A stretch of DNA of 64,000 nucleotides from Thainema sp. GTDB taxonomy: Bacteria > Cyanobacteriota > Cyanobacteriia > Phormidesmidales > Phormidesmidaceae. Position numbers and translations under genes: made by a program. Positions 39,688 through 50,105 of this stretch are shown here, one piece after another (positions within the stretch are counted from its first letter, which is position 1; the number at the start of each line of letters is the position of its first letter). The stretch is from the NCBI GenBank assembly GCA_052168235.1, contig JBQLZK010000018.1, positions 1 through 64,000 on the forward strand, in the 5' to 3' direction. The notes under the pieces are model-generated. The model made no database searches. It had not been told where the DNA came from and saw nothing but the letters and a program-made list of their open reading frames with translations.

Positions 39688-39870
39688 AGTGAACCTCCTA
39701 AAACCTGAGGCGTCCTGAAAGCGTCTCTATACTTCAATCTACAAATGCAACCTAACAAAAACCGCAGAGTTTCCTCAAAAATCTACATTCTGATAGAAAA
39801 TCAGGCGTTTCTCGACATGATTTACCACTGGTTATGACGGGCTGGTTGTAACGGAAATGTATATTGTTCT

Positions 39871-41601
39871 CTAAATTTTGCATATCACAACGCGATCGCG
39901 CCCCTCTTGCTTCGCTTGATAAAGACCTTTATCAGCATAGGAAATCAACGACTCAATCGAACATTGATGTAGGTTAGAAGCACTCACGACTCCACAACTC
40001 AAACTAACATAAGGACTGATCTTTGAGGCTTTATGGGGAATACAAAGCGATTTGACCTGGTGACACATTCGCTCAGCAACCTGAAGTGCAACATCAGGTT
40101 GGATATCTGTTAGGACAACAACAAACTCTTCTCCACCATAGCGGGCCACAAAATCACCTCGACGAATCGCTTGACGCAAGGCCTGAGCCACTTTGGTCAA
40201 ACAAGCATCTCCTGCCTGATGCCCATAGGTATCGTTATAAAGCTTAAAATAATCTACATCACACAAGATCAGCGACAGATATCGGCTCGCTGCTAATTTG
40301 TCAGCCAAATATTGATCAAAGCAGCGACGGTTGGCAATTTGCGTCAAGGCATCAACATAGGCCAGTTGGTATAGCAAATGGTTATGATACACGACACTAA
40401 TCGTGGCAGAACCAAACATTGAAAGCAACGGCGTAATGCTCGAAAACCACCAGCCGAGTTGAAAGAGCAAAAAGTTAATCCCAAATAAACCAAAACTGCC
40501 AAATCCTAAAAGAAGAGGAATGCGCTTCAGAATCAAAGAACTACTCGATTGTTCTGGTTTGAGATTAAATGCAACAATTGCAGTCCCTATATTTGCGGCT
40601 ATTAGAATGAGGAACCACTCCAACCATTCAGGACAGCCAGTTATCCAACTTTGATCGTTTAGGGCAATATCTAATAGCTGCCGAGCCGCATGAGCATGGA
40701 TAAAAACGCCTGGACTTTGCTGTGCCTGATGATAAGACGGGGCACTGTAAGGGGTTGTAAACAAATCATTGAGACTGGGGGCGGTCACGCCAATGAGAAC
40801 AATGCGATCGCGAATTTGTTCAGGCGAGACTCGATCCTGCATCACATCTAAAATAGATACCGTTTCAAATACCTGATTCGTAGCACGGTAGCCCAGGAGA
40901 ATTTGGTATCCCCGAGCATCAATGTTGGTATAGCCGCCGTCGTAAGACTTCAGAGGTTTAAGAACCGTATTTCCCAGCCGTACATGGTACGGTTCATCAA
41001 TTGAAACCTCTTCAGGTTTAATTCCCTGTTGCTCAAGGTAAATGAGCGCTAAAGCCGCACCAAAACTATATTGGGTCTGCGCCTGTTCATCCATTTGCAC
41101 GCTTACTAAGCTGCGCCGCACCACGTTATCTACGTCTCTAGGTAAATCTGCGATCGCAACTTGATTCTTCTGCGCCAACGTCGGCGGTGGCGCAACGGCT
41201 ATGCCCTCACCGACGGTCTCAACCCCAATCAAATTTGGAGTTGTCTGAAAAACTGTCTCTATTTGCTCTGTTCCAGGAGGAACTGGCAAATCGCGATAGA
41301 TATCCAAACCAATCGCACTCGGTGCATATGTTGAAATATTTTGAATTGTCTGAGCCAAATCTTCATCCGTTAAAGGCCAGCGCCCCAACTGGGATAGATC
41401 CGTCTCACTGATAGTTATAACTAAAAAGCGATGATCAGTCGTATGCTGAAATTGGCTTCTTAAGAAGCGATCGTAAAGCGATAGTTCTAGAGATTGAAAA
41501 ACACCCAAATGGCCTAAGCCGCCAATTAATGCTGTAGATGTCGCAGTAATCAGTAACAGCGATCGATACTGAAATAAAAATTGGCGGAGCTTAATCCACA
41601 T
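39871..41601 (-). CDS. CHASE2-domain diguanylate cyclase
   Basis: CHASE2 motifs (RWPLTD, IGLDIYRDLP, D.DNVVRR, IVLIG..APSLND.F.TP, PGVFIHA), three TM helices, GGEEF active site with RxxD I-site. Confidence 0.92.
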   Translation of the reverse strand: MWIKLRQFLFQYRSLLLITATSTALIGGLGHLGVFQSLELSLYDRFLRSQFQHTTDHRFLVITISETDLSQLGRWPLTDEDLAQTIQNISTYAPSAIGLDIYRDLPVPPGTEQIETVFQTTPNLIGVETVGEGIAVAPPPTLAQKNQVAIADLPRDVDNVVRRSLVSVQMDEQAQTQYSFGAALALIYLEQQGIKPEEVSIDEPYHVRLGNTVLKPLKSYDGGYTNIDARGYQILLGYRATNQVFETVSILDVMQDRVSPEQIRDRIVLIGVTAPSLNDLFTTPYSAPSYHQAQQSPGVFIHAHAARQLLDIALNDQSWITGCPEWLEWFLILIAANIGTAIVAFNLKPEQSSSSLILKRIPLLLGFGSFGLFGINFLLFQLGWWFSSITPLLSMFGSATISVVYHNHLLYQLAYVDALTQIANRRCFDQYLADKLAASRYLSLILCDVDYFKLYNDTYGHQAGDACLTKVAQALRQAIRRGDFVARYGGEEFVVVLTDIQPDVALQVAERMCHQVKSLCIPHKASKISPYVSLSCGVVSASNLHQCSIESLISYADKGLYQAKQEGRDRVVICKI

Positions 41602-41793
41602 TCTCGGTAAGACACATCAATTAGCACAGCACAAATGGTTTCTTAAAGCATTGTCATCAACCTGCTAAACTAAGAGTTCCCAATCTGGAGTTGAATGCAC
41701 GGCATTCAAATAAGTCTTTACAGAATGCTGCAAACCCAACAGTCCGAAAAGACTGTCTCTGAATAACTTCTAGACAAGAATAAGAAAATTAGA

Positions 41794-42540
41794 TTAACGT
41801 ACTCCAGAAGTATCTGATGCTAGCACCGCAGCTACATCACCTAAACCGACCGAATTCAACAGTGCTTTCACGAGAACAGTTTGCTGAGAATCCATAGACG
41901 CCTTCAGTGCATCAAACCAAATACCATGTTTGATGTACCAAGCAGCCTGTTCTACAGCAGACATCTGCTCAAGTTGTGTTAAGGTTGCTGCATCAATCGC
42001 TACCCGGCGAACTTGTCCCGTGATCACCGGATCATCTGGACGTAAGGATGTTCCACAAATCAGTGCAATTGACCAGTTATAGGATGTTCCAATCTCTAGC
42101 GCTGGGGCATCACCTGGCATCTGAATCATGATCAGGTCAGAGCCCGGAGTGATTGGAATAATAGTTTGATAATGACTTTCACCACTTTCCTTCTGGAGGC
42201 TCAAAAACAGCTGTGTCGCCGAGTTGCCTGAAATATGGGCAAAGTAAGTGGGATGCGCACGAGTTGTTAAATTTTGAGCAGACGAAGCAATAAGTAATTT
42301 CACGCTAGTCCCCTCAGCGACTGAACCAGAAGCGCAGACACCATCTCCACGGGATGCGCCACCGCTGGTTCCTCCCGGTGCTCCGGTTTGAGGCGGGGTA
42401 AAGCTATTGGCCTGGATAGCCTGAAAAACAGAGTCAGACTGGGCACGAACTGGCAGTGCTACTATGCTACCGAGCAAACCGAGCGATATACAAAATAAGG
42501 GAACCCGCTGGCATGACTTAAACAAGAGTGTTTTAGACAT
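41794..42540 (-). CDS. DUF928-domain secreted protein
   Basis: Signal peptide, FTPPQTGAPGGTSGGASRG..C, T..AHPT, LEIG..Y.W..ALIC, GIWFDAL and LLNSVGL. Confidence 0.88.
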   Translation of the reverse strand: MSKTLLFKSCQRVPLFCISLGLLGSIVALPVRAQSDSVFQAIQANSFTPPQTGAPGGTSGGASRGDGVCASGSVAEGTSVKLLIASSAQNLTTRAHPTYFAHISGNSATQLFLSLQKESGESHYQTIIPITPGSDLIMIQMPGDAPALEIGTSYNWSIALICGTSLRPDDPVITGQVRRVAIDAATLTQLEQMSAVEQAAWYIKHGIWFDALKASMDSQQTVLVKALLNSVGLGDVAAVLASDTSGVR

Positions 42541-42872
42541 AACGATAAAAGCTTATTCAAAGACTAATAACCCAACATATGCAGTCACACCCTATCTTCA
42601 AAGACTACTGACTCTTGGCGGATTCGGCAGTTTTATTTTTTCAAGGATATAAATAGTATACACGGATCCAGAATTAAGAAGCAATTGATACATAAATGTC
42701 AAGCAAAGAATTAATATTACCTATTCTTTTTGCGCCATATTTATGAATGCTTTACCCAACATTGACAGGTACTTTATGTAATTTGGGGACAACTCGATTT
42801 AGATAAGCATAAAGAATATATTGGTAAAAAATGAAACCTCTTTTGTCAGATCTTGCACTTAAACATTCCTTT

Positions 42873-42969
42873 TAGAGGTTTGTCAACGTTGTTTTGATGC
42901 GTTTTGAGGGTTGATACGCTGTGCTTTGCGCGGCATACCAACCCTCAAAGATTATTTGACGCAGCACTA
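42873..42969. mobile_element. Degenerate MITE-like element with internal hairpin
   Basis: TAGAGGTTTGTCAA ... TTGACGCAGCACTA (10/14 match); internal TTTGAGGGTTG...CAACCCTCAAA. Confidence 0.45.
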
Positions 42970-43025
42970 GATGTTTGCTTGGCAAGGTTCAGGATCTGAA
43001 ACTAAAGGATGAGATGATCAGTTGA

Positions 43026-45704
43026 TTAAGTCCAGCTGCCGACTAAAACGAAGGGTGCCCAATAGTAAGGGTGCTGATACTGTGGATCATTCAGGAGCCG
43101 AAGCTGGGCCTGTCTAAGCACTTCGCCCCGAGCTTGAGAGTCATCTTGGAGAATCTTGTAAAAATCTGCCATAAACTGGGCTGTGGATTGGTCATTAACC
43201 GACCATAACGTCGCGAGCGTGCTGCGGGCTCCAGACCGAATCGCTAACCCTGCTAAACCCAAAGCTGCCCGCCGATCGCCTGCTGCTGTTTCGCAGGCAC
43301 TGAGAACCAGCAGTTCAATCGGTTTAGCGCGTGGAATCTGGCGTGCCCCTAATAACTGGTCAAATTCTTGTACGCTAATAGGCTCTTCCCAACTCAAAAG
43401 AAACGTTTCGCGCGGATTTGAGCTAAAACGCCCATGCGTTGCAAAATGCACAATGGGATAATCATTGGCATTCAGTTGCTCAGTAATAGTAGGTCGGGTA
43501 AATTGCTCATTCAGCACCACTCTAGACGGTAGAGTTGTTGAAATTTGCTCAACTTCTTGGACGACACCGGGTAATGCTGCAAACCCTTGCCGAGCTTCAG
43601 TGATACCTCCAACTAATACTTGTAAATTAGTCTCTGCCAAGGATTGCGATCGCAACAACTGCAAACCGGGTGTAAATGCAATGCGATACTTCTCAACCAA
43701 ATAGTGTTCTCCGTCATACAGGGCAGCCATTGGCGCATTACGCAAAGTGCCGTCTAACACAAAAACTAGTGTGAGAACCTGATGTTCTGCAAGCTGAGGT
43801 TCAAATGGGCGAATCAACCAGTCGTAAATTTGGGCAGAAATATTCAGTCGCTGCTCATTGGAGAAAACGGGATTGAGCGATTGGAGATATTGATCCAATT
43901 GAGTTTCCACCTCGGCTGCCGTCAAAGCGACAGTATGATGCTGTAGCGGCTGGTTCGGTACAGATAAGACAACTTCGACCCGATCGGGCAGCACAATAGG
44001 ATAAAAAATGGCGGCTTGCGAGTCGATTTGGTCGATCCGCTGTGCGGCTGTATCGAGGCAGGCCGATCGAAAAAAGTTTTCCAATTCAGCGACTTGTAGT
44101 TCTTCAAATGTATCCTGAGCTTGGCGCAAATCGGCTTCGGAAGCGCCAAGTTGAATGAGTAAGTCAACTAAATCACGGTAAACGGGTTCTACGGTATCCC
44201 GAAAAGAAAACTGAAACTCGGCATTGGTCGCAACTAGATCTTGACGAACCTCTCTAAGTGTTTTGACCGCAGCACTATAAGATGCGATCGCATCTGCCCT
44301 GCGACCAGACTGAGCTCTAAAGATACGGCCCTGTTGCCATTGCCAACGGTAGGCAATCTCTGGCGAATTATTGAGTTCAGCCAGCATTAGTGCCTGAGCC
44401 GTCAAGCGTTCCGCAAATTCCCACTGTTCAGTCAGCTCATAAACCTGGCCTAGTTGCCCCAGAGCTAGCGATTGCGCACGCTCATCCTGCAATTGCCGAG
44501 CCAATTGAACTGCAGCTTCTAGATTCTGGGCAATGGCTTCAGGTGTGGTTAAAACGATTGGCGTTGCAAAATTTTCAGCATCGGCTTCAAGCGTGGCTGA
44601 ACTGGGTTCAGGGTCAGTTTGCAGGGTTTGGAGCAGCATAGCAGCAGCGTTGACCCGAAGATAAACGGTTTGACGACTAGCTGGTAAAGCGCCTAGATCT
44701 GCCAGTAAGTTGGGGATAAGCGGTTGTACCAACTCCCACTGCTGGGTTTCGATTAACAGTTTGATAAAAGCAACGCGTGCCTCCATTTGGGCCAAGGCAG
44801 TCGGTGCATACTGTGCTGACTGTTGGTAAAAATCCAATGCTGCGGCCCAATCACCAGCAATTTGGCTGGCCTGCCCCAAGTCATAAAAAACACTGCTGGT
44901 CAGGAGCGGATCGCCAAACTGTTGACTCAACGCTAAACTTTGCAGCAAAATCTCGTTTGCTTGCTCGATATTACCAGTCAAATACAACGCCGACCCCAGT
45001 TGCCGCAATCCGGTTGCTTTGACCAAGGATGCTGGGCTGTCCTGAAGTTCATTCCCCAGTCGTCGCAGCAATGCGCGAGCCTGACGATAGAGACCCAAGG
45101 TTTGCAGTGCTTGGGCTTGATTGAGCTTACTCCCTAAAACCCCAGCCTGATCGTCAGTCGCTCGATACGCGTCTGCTGCTACCTGCCATGTTTCATAGGC
45201 CGATTCTGCATTGCTCTGCGCCAGGTAAAGACTCGCCTGAGTATTGAGGGCATGCGCTAAGATCTGCTGGCTAGCTTGATCGAGTGATCCCTGGTTGAGG
45301 TGCTCTAAACTAGTTGCGATCGCACGTTCTGCAGCCTCAAAATCCCCCAGTTGCTGCTGAACAAGAGACAAATAGCTCAACGCTAAAGCAGTATTGAGGC
45401 GATCACCCCGCTGCTGAAATCCAGCACGAGCCGCTTGCCAGTAATTCAAAGCCTCAGCATATTGGCCTGCCTGATAAAACATTAACCCCTGATCCAACGC
45501 TTCTACTGGATCACTGGCTAGTTGGGCTATATTAGCCATTTCAGAGAAGGCAAACTCAGATAGCGCTGGGCGTACAATAGCCTGTGATGCAACCTCCGTT
45601 GAGATTGCAGGTAGGACTAGCGCAACCGTCAAGCTCATGAGCGCCAAGAGCAGACTGGAGCACCATCGAGGAAACCGGAGCAAACGCCAATACCAACGCA
45701 CCAT
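43026..45704 (-). CDS. TPR + CHAT-domain (caspase/separase-like) protease
   Basis: N-terminal hydrophobic segment, TPR repeats, VHFATHG and LVLSACETA catalytic His/Cys, LWSVND, HPYYWAPFVLVG. Start uncertain (45704-45743). Confidence 0.92.
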   Translation of the reverse strand: MVRWYWRLLRFPRWCSSLLLALMSLTVALVLPAISTEVASQAIVRPALSEFAFSEMANIAQLASDPVEALDQGLMFYQAGQYAEALNYWQAARAGFQQRGDRLNTALALSYLSLVQQQLGDFEAAERAIATSLEHLNQGSLDQASQQILAHALNTQASLYLAQSNAESAYETWQVAADAYRATDDQAGVLGSKLNQAQALQTLGLYRQARALLRRLGNELQDSPASLVKATGLRQLGSALYLTGNIEQANEILLQSLALSQQFGDPLLTSSVFYDLGQASQIAGDWAAALDFYQQSAQYAPTALAQMEARVAFIKLLIETQQWELVQPLIPNLLADLGALPASRQTVYLRVNAAAMLLQTLQTDPEPSSATLEADAENFATPIVLTTPEAIAQNLEAAVQLARQLQDERAQSLALGQLGQVYELTEQWEFAERLTAQALMLAELNNSPEIAYRWQWQQGRIFRAQSGRRADAIASYSAAVKTLREVRQDLVATNAEFQFSFRDTVEPVYRDLVDLLIQLGASEADLRQAQDTFEELQVAELENFFRSACLDTAAQRIDQIDSQAAIFYPIVLPDRVEVVLSVPNQPLQHHTVALTAAEVETQLDQYLQSLNPVFSNEQRLNISAQIYDWLIRPFEPQLAEHQVLTLVFVLDGTLRNAPMAALYDGEHYLVEKYRIAFTPGLQLLRSQSLAETNLQVLVGGITEARQGFAALPGVVQEVEQISTTLPSRVVLNEQFTRPTITEQLNANDYPIVHFATHGRFSSNPRETFLLSWEEPISVQEFDQLLGARQIPRAKPIELLVLSACETAAGDRRAALGLAGLAIRSGARSTLATLWSVNDQSTAQFMADFYKILQDDSQARGEVLRQAQLRLLNDPQYQHPYYWAPFVLVGSWT

Positions 45705-45708
45705 TTCT

Positions 45709-48300
45709 CTATCCTTCATCACGACAGCTTCCGGCAGAGACAAGATGACTTGCAGGTGGAAACATTTGGTTAGTAGGCATCGTAGCCACCAGCATCAAGT
45801 TTCCATTGTGATCTACAATCCACCCCCGTGCTTCAACTGGGCTTGTCTCAGTCAAGTCTGCTAATTCACGATCGCGACTGTTGAGAACTGCAGCTGATAC
45901 AGCAATGGATTTTTTGGGTTCTTCTATGGATGTGTTGGATGCGATCGCAGTGAGCCGCAGATCTTGCCAAACAGATTGATTCAGAATTACCTGACTTGGA
46001 TCAGCCGGTAGTCCACCTCGGCCAGCGATCACAAATTCATTCCCCGACAGTTGTTCACAGGTTGCGACAATTTGCTCTAGATTTTCTACCCGTTGCTCAG
46101 GTTCAACCCCTTGGCTTGGATCCACATCTGGACTGTTAATTTCAACTACCCCGCTAAACTCAGCGCCTAAAGCCGAAGAGGCCGTGATATCGCTGTCAGG
46201 AGTTAACTCTGACCGAAACTCCGTCCCAACAATGGCATTGGCCGTAACATCTACACGCCCCCCAAAATTGGCCTGAGCATTGGCCGTGATATCGCTATTT
46301 CTGAAAGCAACCAGCGCTTCCGTATCTAGCACAATATTGCCACCCGTAGCGCTACCTGTTGCGTTTGTACTGATTCGACTTTGATTTTGCAACAACAGGA
46401 GATCCGACAGGATATAGATATTGGCCCGATTTCCCGACACTGTGTCGGCAGTAATCAAGCCGTTGTCTAAAAAAATCCTGGCTACATCCAGGTTGATATT
46501 TCCAGCCGCGCCGAAACCCGGTGGAACCCGAGAAGTACTACTGCTAGGGAAATTACTGACATTAATGGTGGCACCGTCCAACACAGATAATTCCTCTGCA
46601 GTGACCGTAATAGTGCCTCCTGCGCCCTCTCCAAACAGTGCGCTGGCAAACAATCCACTCCGACCCTCTGACGTTTGGCCGCTGAGTTCAATGGTGTTAG
46701 CGTTGACAAATAAGTCGCCAGCCGGAGCTGAAAAACTTGCCGTGCTGGTTGCAATTTGTCCACCATTGGCAACACGAAGGCGATCAGTATCGATCTGTAA
46801 CGTTCCTCCAGCACCAGCAGGCGGAATTTCTGCTGCTGTTGTTAGAAGGCTGGGTATCGTTTGATTGCCATTGAAGTCTGAGCCGTTTGAAAATCCTAGA
46901 ACATCAACAGTTTGGGCATTGATGATGAAATTTCCAGCATTGCCAGGGCCATAAGTACGCGTACCCGCCTGAGCCCCATTTAAGACGCGCAATTGATGGG
47001 TATGAAGGACAATATCACCGCCCTGCCCTGTAACCCCAAAACCAACATTCGTCAAAATAGCGCTAGGCCCGATGGGAAGATCGCCAATTAGCTCAATGGT
47101 TTCTGCATTGACAATGATGTCTGCGCCTTGACCTTGGCCAAATATATCGGCGGTAATTTGAGCGCCATCCTCCACACGAAGAATGCCGACCTGCAAATTG
47201 AGCTGACCGCCTCGCGCTGAGCTCGTGGCCTCGACATCAACATTAATCCCCGATTGAATCGCGGCAATCAGGGGAAACGCAGAAATTGGTGGTGGAACAA
47301 AACCCGCTAAAAAGAGAGAGTCCGCTGCGATCGCAACATGCCCTCCCACACCTGTGCCGGTCGTATTAGCCAGCAGGTTTGAACCATCTAAAATTTGAAT
47401 ATCCTGTCCACGCAGATGGATTTGGCCACCACGAGTTGGAGCGCTGGTATCAATGGAAGCGGCATTAACCAAGCGAATATCGGCCAACTCTGCCAGACCA
47501 GCATAATCAAAGCTGTAGCCCAGACGGTTTGCCACCATTTCAACAGTGCCGCCAGCTCCAGCTCCTACCACTACGCGCCCACCAGGAGCCGTTAGGTTGC
47601 CGCCATCAAACACAACATCACCACCAATCAACGCTAACGTTTGGCCAGAAACCAGTCCTTGCGATCGCAGTGTGCGTAAATCTCGATTAATTGAAAAATC
47701 CGGATTGGTAAACAGGTTGTGTCCACCACCACGCACCATAATCTGTCCTGGAGTGCGCCCCAGTTGCAGCCCAATCGGAGCCGTCACCGTCAGTAAAGTC
47801 TCCCTTGTGCCAAACACGCTCCCATCCGCAAACTCAATCGCCTGTGCTGTGCTGCCCACAAATGAACCGCCAACGCTCAGAGTGGCGTTCTCACCTACAA
47901 CTAGACCGTTCGGATTGAGCAGAAACAGATCAGCATTGTTTTCAACCTGCAACAAGCCATCAATCGAGGTAATTTCGCCCCCAACGACTCGTGCAAACAC
48001 CCTTTGGATGCTGCCAGGATTAATCAGGTCAGGATTATTGCCAATGCGAAAAACGGCTGATCCATTCGTTGGAATTGAAAAGCGATCAAAGCTATGAAAT
48101 AAATTACTCCCGACTTCTGCTCCGCCCGTAATCGAACAGTTAGTGCATCCTGGTGCAACAACCGTCCCTGTTGAACCCACTCCTGCACTCGGAGCAATTT
48201 GTCCAAATGCTGCAACAGGACAACATACAAAGCCAATCGTGAAGCCAAGTAGCTTAGGGATGAAGGTAGCACTTGCGGCAATAAACTTACGCTGAACCAT
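45709..48300 (-). CDS. Filamentous-haemagglutinin-like TpsA exoprotein
   Basis: NLFHSFDRFSI and LFLLNPNG TPS secretion motifs, Gly-rich beta-helix repeats, C-terminal NSDITANA and FVIAGRGGLP. Confidence 0.9.
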   Translation of the reverse strand: MVQRKFIAASATFIPKLLGFTIGFVCCPVAAFGQIAPSAGVGSTGTVVAPGCTNCSITGGAEVGSNLFHSFDRFSIPTNGSAVFRIGNNPDLINPGSIQRVFARVVGGEITSIDGLLQVENNADLFLLNPNGLVVGENATLSVGGSFVGSTAQAIEFADGSVFGTRETLLTVTAPIGLQLGRTPGQIMVRGGGHNLFTNPDFSINRDLRTLRSQGLVSGQTLALIGGDVVFDGGNLTAPGGRVVVGAGAGGTVEMVANRLGYSFDYAGLAELADIRLVNAASIDTSAPTRGGQIHLRGQDIQILDGSNLLANTTGTGVGGHVAIAADSLFLAGFVPPPISAFPLIAAIQSGINVDVEATSSARGGQLNLQVGILRVEDGAQITADIFGQGQGADIIVNAETIELIGDLPIGPSAILTNVGFGVTGQGGDIVLHTHQLRVLNGAQAGTRTYGPGNAGNFIINAQTVDVLGFSNGSDFNGNQTIPSLLTTAAEIPPAGAGGTLQIDTDRLRVANGGQIATSTASFSAPAGDLFVNANTIELSGQTSEGRSGLFASALFGEGAGGTITVTAEELSVLDGATINVSNFPSSSTSRVPPGFGAAGNINLDVARIFLDNGLITADTVSGNRANIYILSDLLLLQNQSRISTNATGSATGGNIVLDTEALVAFRNSDITANAQANFGGRVDVTANAIVGTEFRSELTPDSDITASSALGAEFSGVVEINSPDVDPSQGVEPEQRVENLEQIVATCEQLSGNEFVIAGRGGLPADPSQVILNQSVWQDLRLTAIASNTSIEEPKKSIAVSAAVLNSRDRELADLTETSPVEARGWIVDHNGNLMLVATMPTNQMFPPASHLVSAGSCRDEG

Positions 48301-48490
48301 TTTTCGCTACATCACATCCATATAGATTCATTTCATCGCTAATCGATAGCCAGTAATTTCCGCATTGATGCACCTTTAAGGGAGAAAAATCAAAATTGCC
48401 GTTAATAAGACTAGACTGACTGTTAAATATCCCAAACTATCTTAGTCTCTCTACATTTCCTTGAATTTGATTCAAGAATTAATACTTGTG

Positions 48491-50002
48491 CTAAAATCGC
48501 TTGTGCCGCAATCGCCAACTGGCCATAATCATACCGACGAAGCCAAGAACCGATATCGGCTCGGGCACTGCAGTTGACTTAGCCTGATGAGCAACTAGCT
48601 TAAAACCTTCAGCATCTGCACGATTAACAGCTGATTGATCTAACGTTTGCCAGCGCATGTATTGCAGGATGTCCGATTCTTGCCACCACCCGCTGGCAGT
48701 CCATTCATAAACACTATTAATTTTGCCGTTTTGCCACCACCCGCTGGCCGTCCATTCATAAACTTTACTGTCTTGAATCATCTTGCCGACATCGGCTAGC
48801 CGATTAGCAGTCAGATCCTCTTCACGCGCTATCAAGTCTGCGAGGGTTGGCAATTCGATGCCTAACACGTCGCCCAAATCCATTAGCGACTGGTCATACA
48901 GATCTGCCAAATCTAAAATCGGCGCATCATCAGCGATATCCCAACCAATCACGTTCAGGGCCATCAGATCACAGTCTTTGACAGAACGCCGCTGGCCCAA
49001 GTCCAGCATCGGATCCATGATGCCAATTACATCTCCATCGCGCTGTTCCCAATGACTACCTTGAAATGAGTCAACTGAAGTGCCAGCCGACATTTCACAA
49101 TTGCGAGTTGCCCCTCCGTCCACGGAAAAATAAGCATCCTCACTCCGAGACAAATCGATAAAGTTCTTGCCCGCTATTTGACTATTAGAGGTATAGCGAA
49201 ATGCATCTAGTAGATAGGCTTGGTACTGGCTGGAGTTATTGAAATAGTTATAGCTGTAGTTGTAGTTATAACCATAGAAGCTACCGTGGCCGTAGTAACC
49301 AGTCTCAAATAGCCAGCCTGAACTACGCCACGGATCATCTAGAACAGCGTCTTGAGTATCAACAATACTGACAAAGCCAAGGTTATGACCAATTTCATGC
49401 ATGATCACGCTGAGAAAATCAAGCTGATTTTCTCCAGGATTTTGGGTGACATCATAATTCCAACTAATACCAGACGCTGAGGTCAAATCATTCATCAGGA
49501 TGACGCCATCTAGCCTGCTGTCATCGTTTGTATCTCCTAAACCAAGAGCTTTGGCATTAGCGCTTGTCAGATTAACACTGTTGATTCCTCCTGTGAACGT
49601 ATTGTCAATAATGCCTCGCAACTGCCGATTGTATTTACCGTCAACTGCCATCGTATTCACAGCCTGCCAATCTGTGTCAGATGCGGCATCTGCTCTTAAT
49701 GCTTTATACACATCGCCAAATCTTTCTTTGGCCTGAACGCCCGGTAAAGCACCGCCAATGACGCGATCGGGTAGAGCATTCGTCATCTCAATGTAGAGAT
49801 TGATTTCTGTTTCATCTGTTAAATAGGACGACCACATACGCCCAGCCGTTTCAACTACCAGCATCTGCTCGGCTGTTGTGCCAGGTGCATAGCTGAAGTT
49901 GAAGGTTACGGCATGAGCTTTGGGTACAGTCCATACAGCTATTGGAATAGTAGTTGCGATCGCAGTCAGAGCGCGATGTTTCCAACTAAAGCGAGTAAGC
50001 AT
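48491..50002 (-). CDS. Secreted Zn metalloprotease (NF038122-like) with PEP-CTERM-type sorting tail
   Basis: Signal peptide AHA|VTFNFSY, LTSANAKALGL, HEIGHNLGF, SHW and MDP motifs, C-terminal VPEP + TM + basic tail; ATG at 50002. Confidence 0.85.
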   Translation of the reverse strand: MLTRFSWKHRALTAIATTIPIAVWTVPKAHAVTFNFSYAPGTTAEQMLVVETAGRMWSSYLTDETEINLYIEMTNALPDRVIGGALPGVQAKERFGDVYKALRADAASDTDWQAVNTMAVDGKYNRQLRGIIDNTFTGGINSVNLTSANAKALGLGDTNDDSRLDGVILMNDLTSASGISWNYDVTQNPGENQLDFLSVIMHEIGHNLGFVSIVDTQDAVLDDPWRSSGWLFETGYYGHGSFYGYNYNYSYNYFNNSSQYQAYLLDAFRYTSNSQIAGKNFIDLSRSEDAYFSVDGGATRNCEMSAGTSVDSFQGSHWEQRDGDVIGIMDPMLDLGQRRSVKDCDLMALNVIGWDIADDAPILDLADLYDQSLMDLGDVLGIELPTLADLIAREEDLTANRLADVGKMIQDSKVYEWTASGWWQNGKINSVYEWTASGWWQESDILQYMRWQTLDQSAVNRADAEGFKLVAHQAKSTAVPEPISVLGFVGMIMASWRLRHKRF

Positions 50003-50105
50003 GAGCGTGAACTCCGATTTGACGACGAATAGCCATAACCAAAACACTTGAAATACCTACAGCTATGGCAAGCCTGATTGCTGCTGGTAGTAGATGCAGT
50101 ACGCA

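Noticed and set aside
46421..48097. Long plus-strand ORFs (46421-46864, 47546-48097) opposite the TpsA gene
   Set aside because: Antisense shadows of the Gly/Ala/Thr-rich repeat coding frame; the same applies to most other short nested ORFs in the track.
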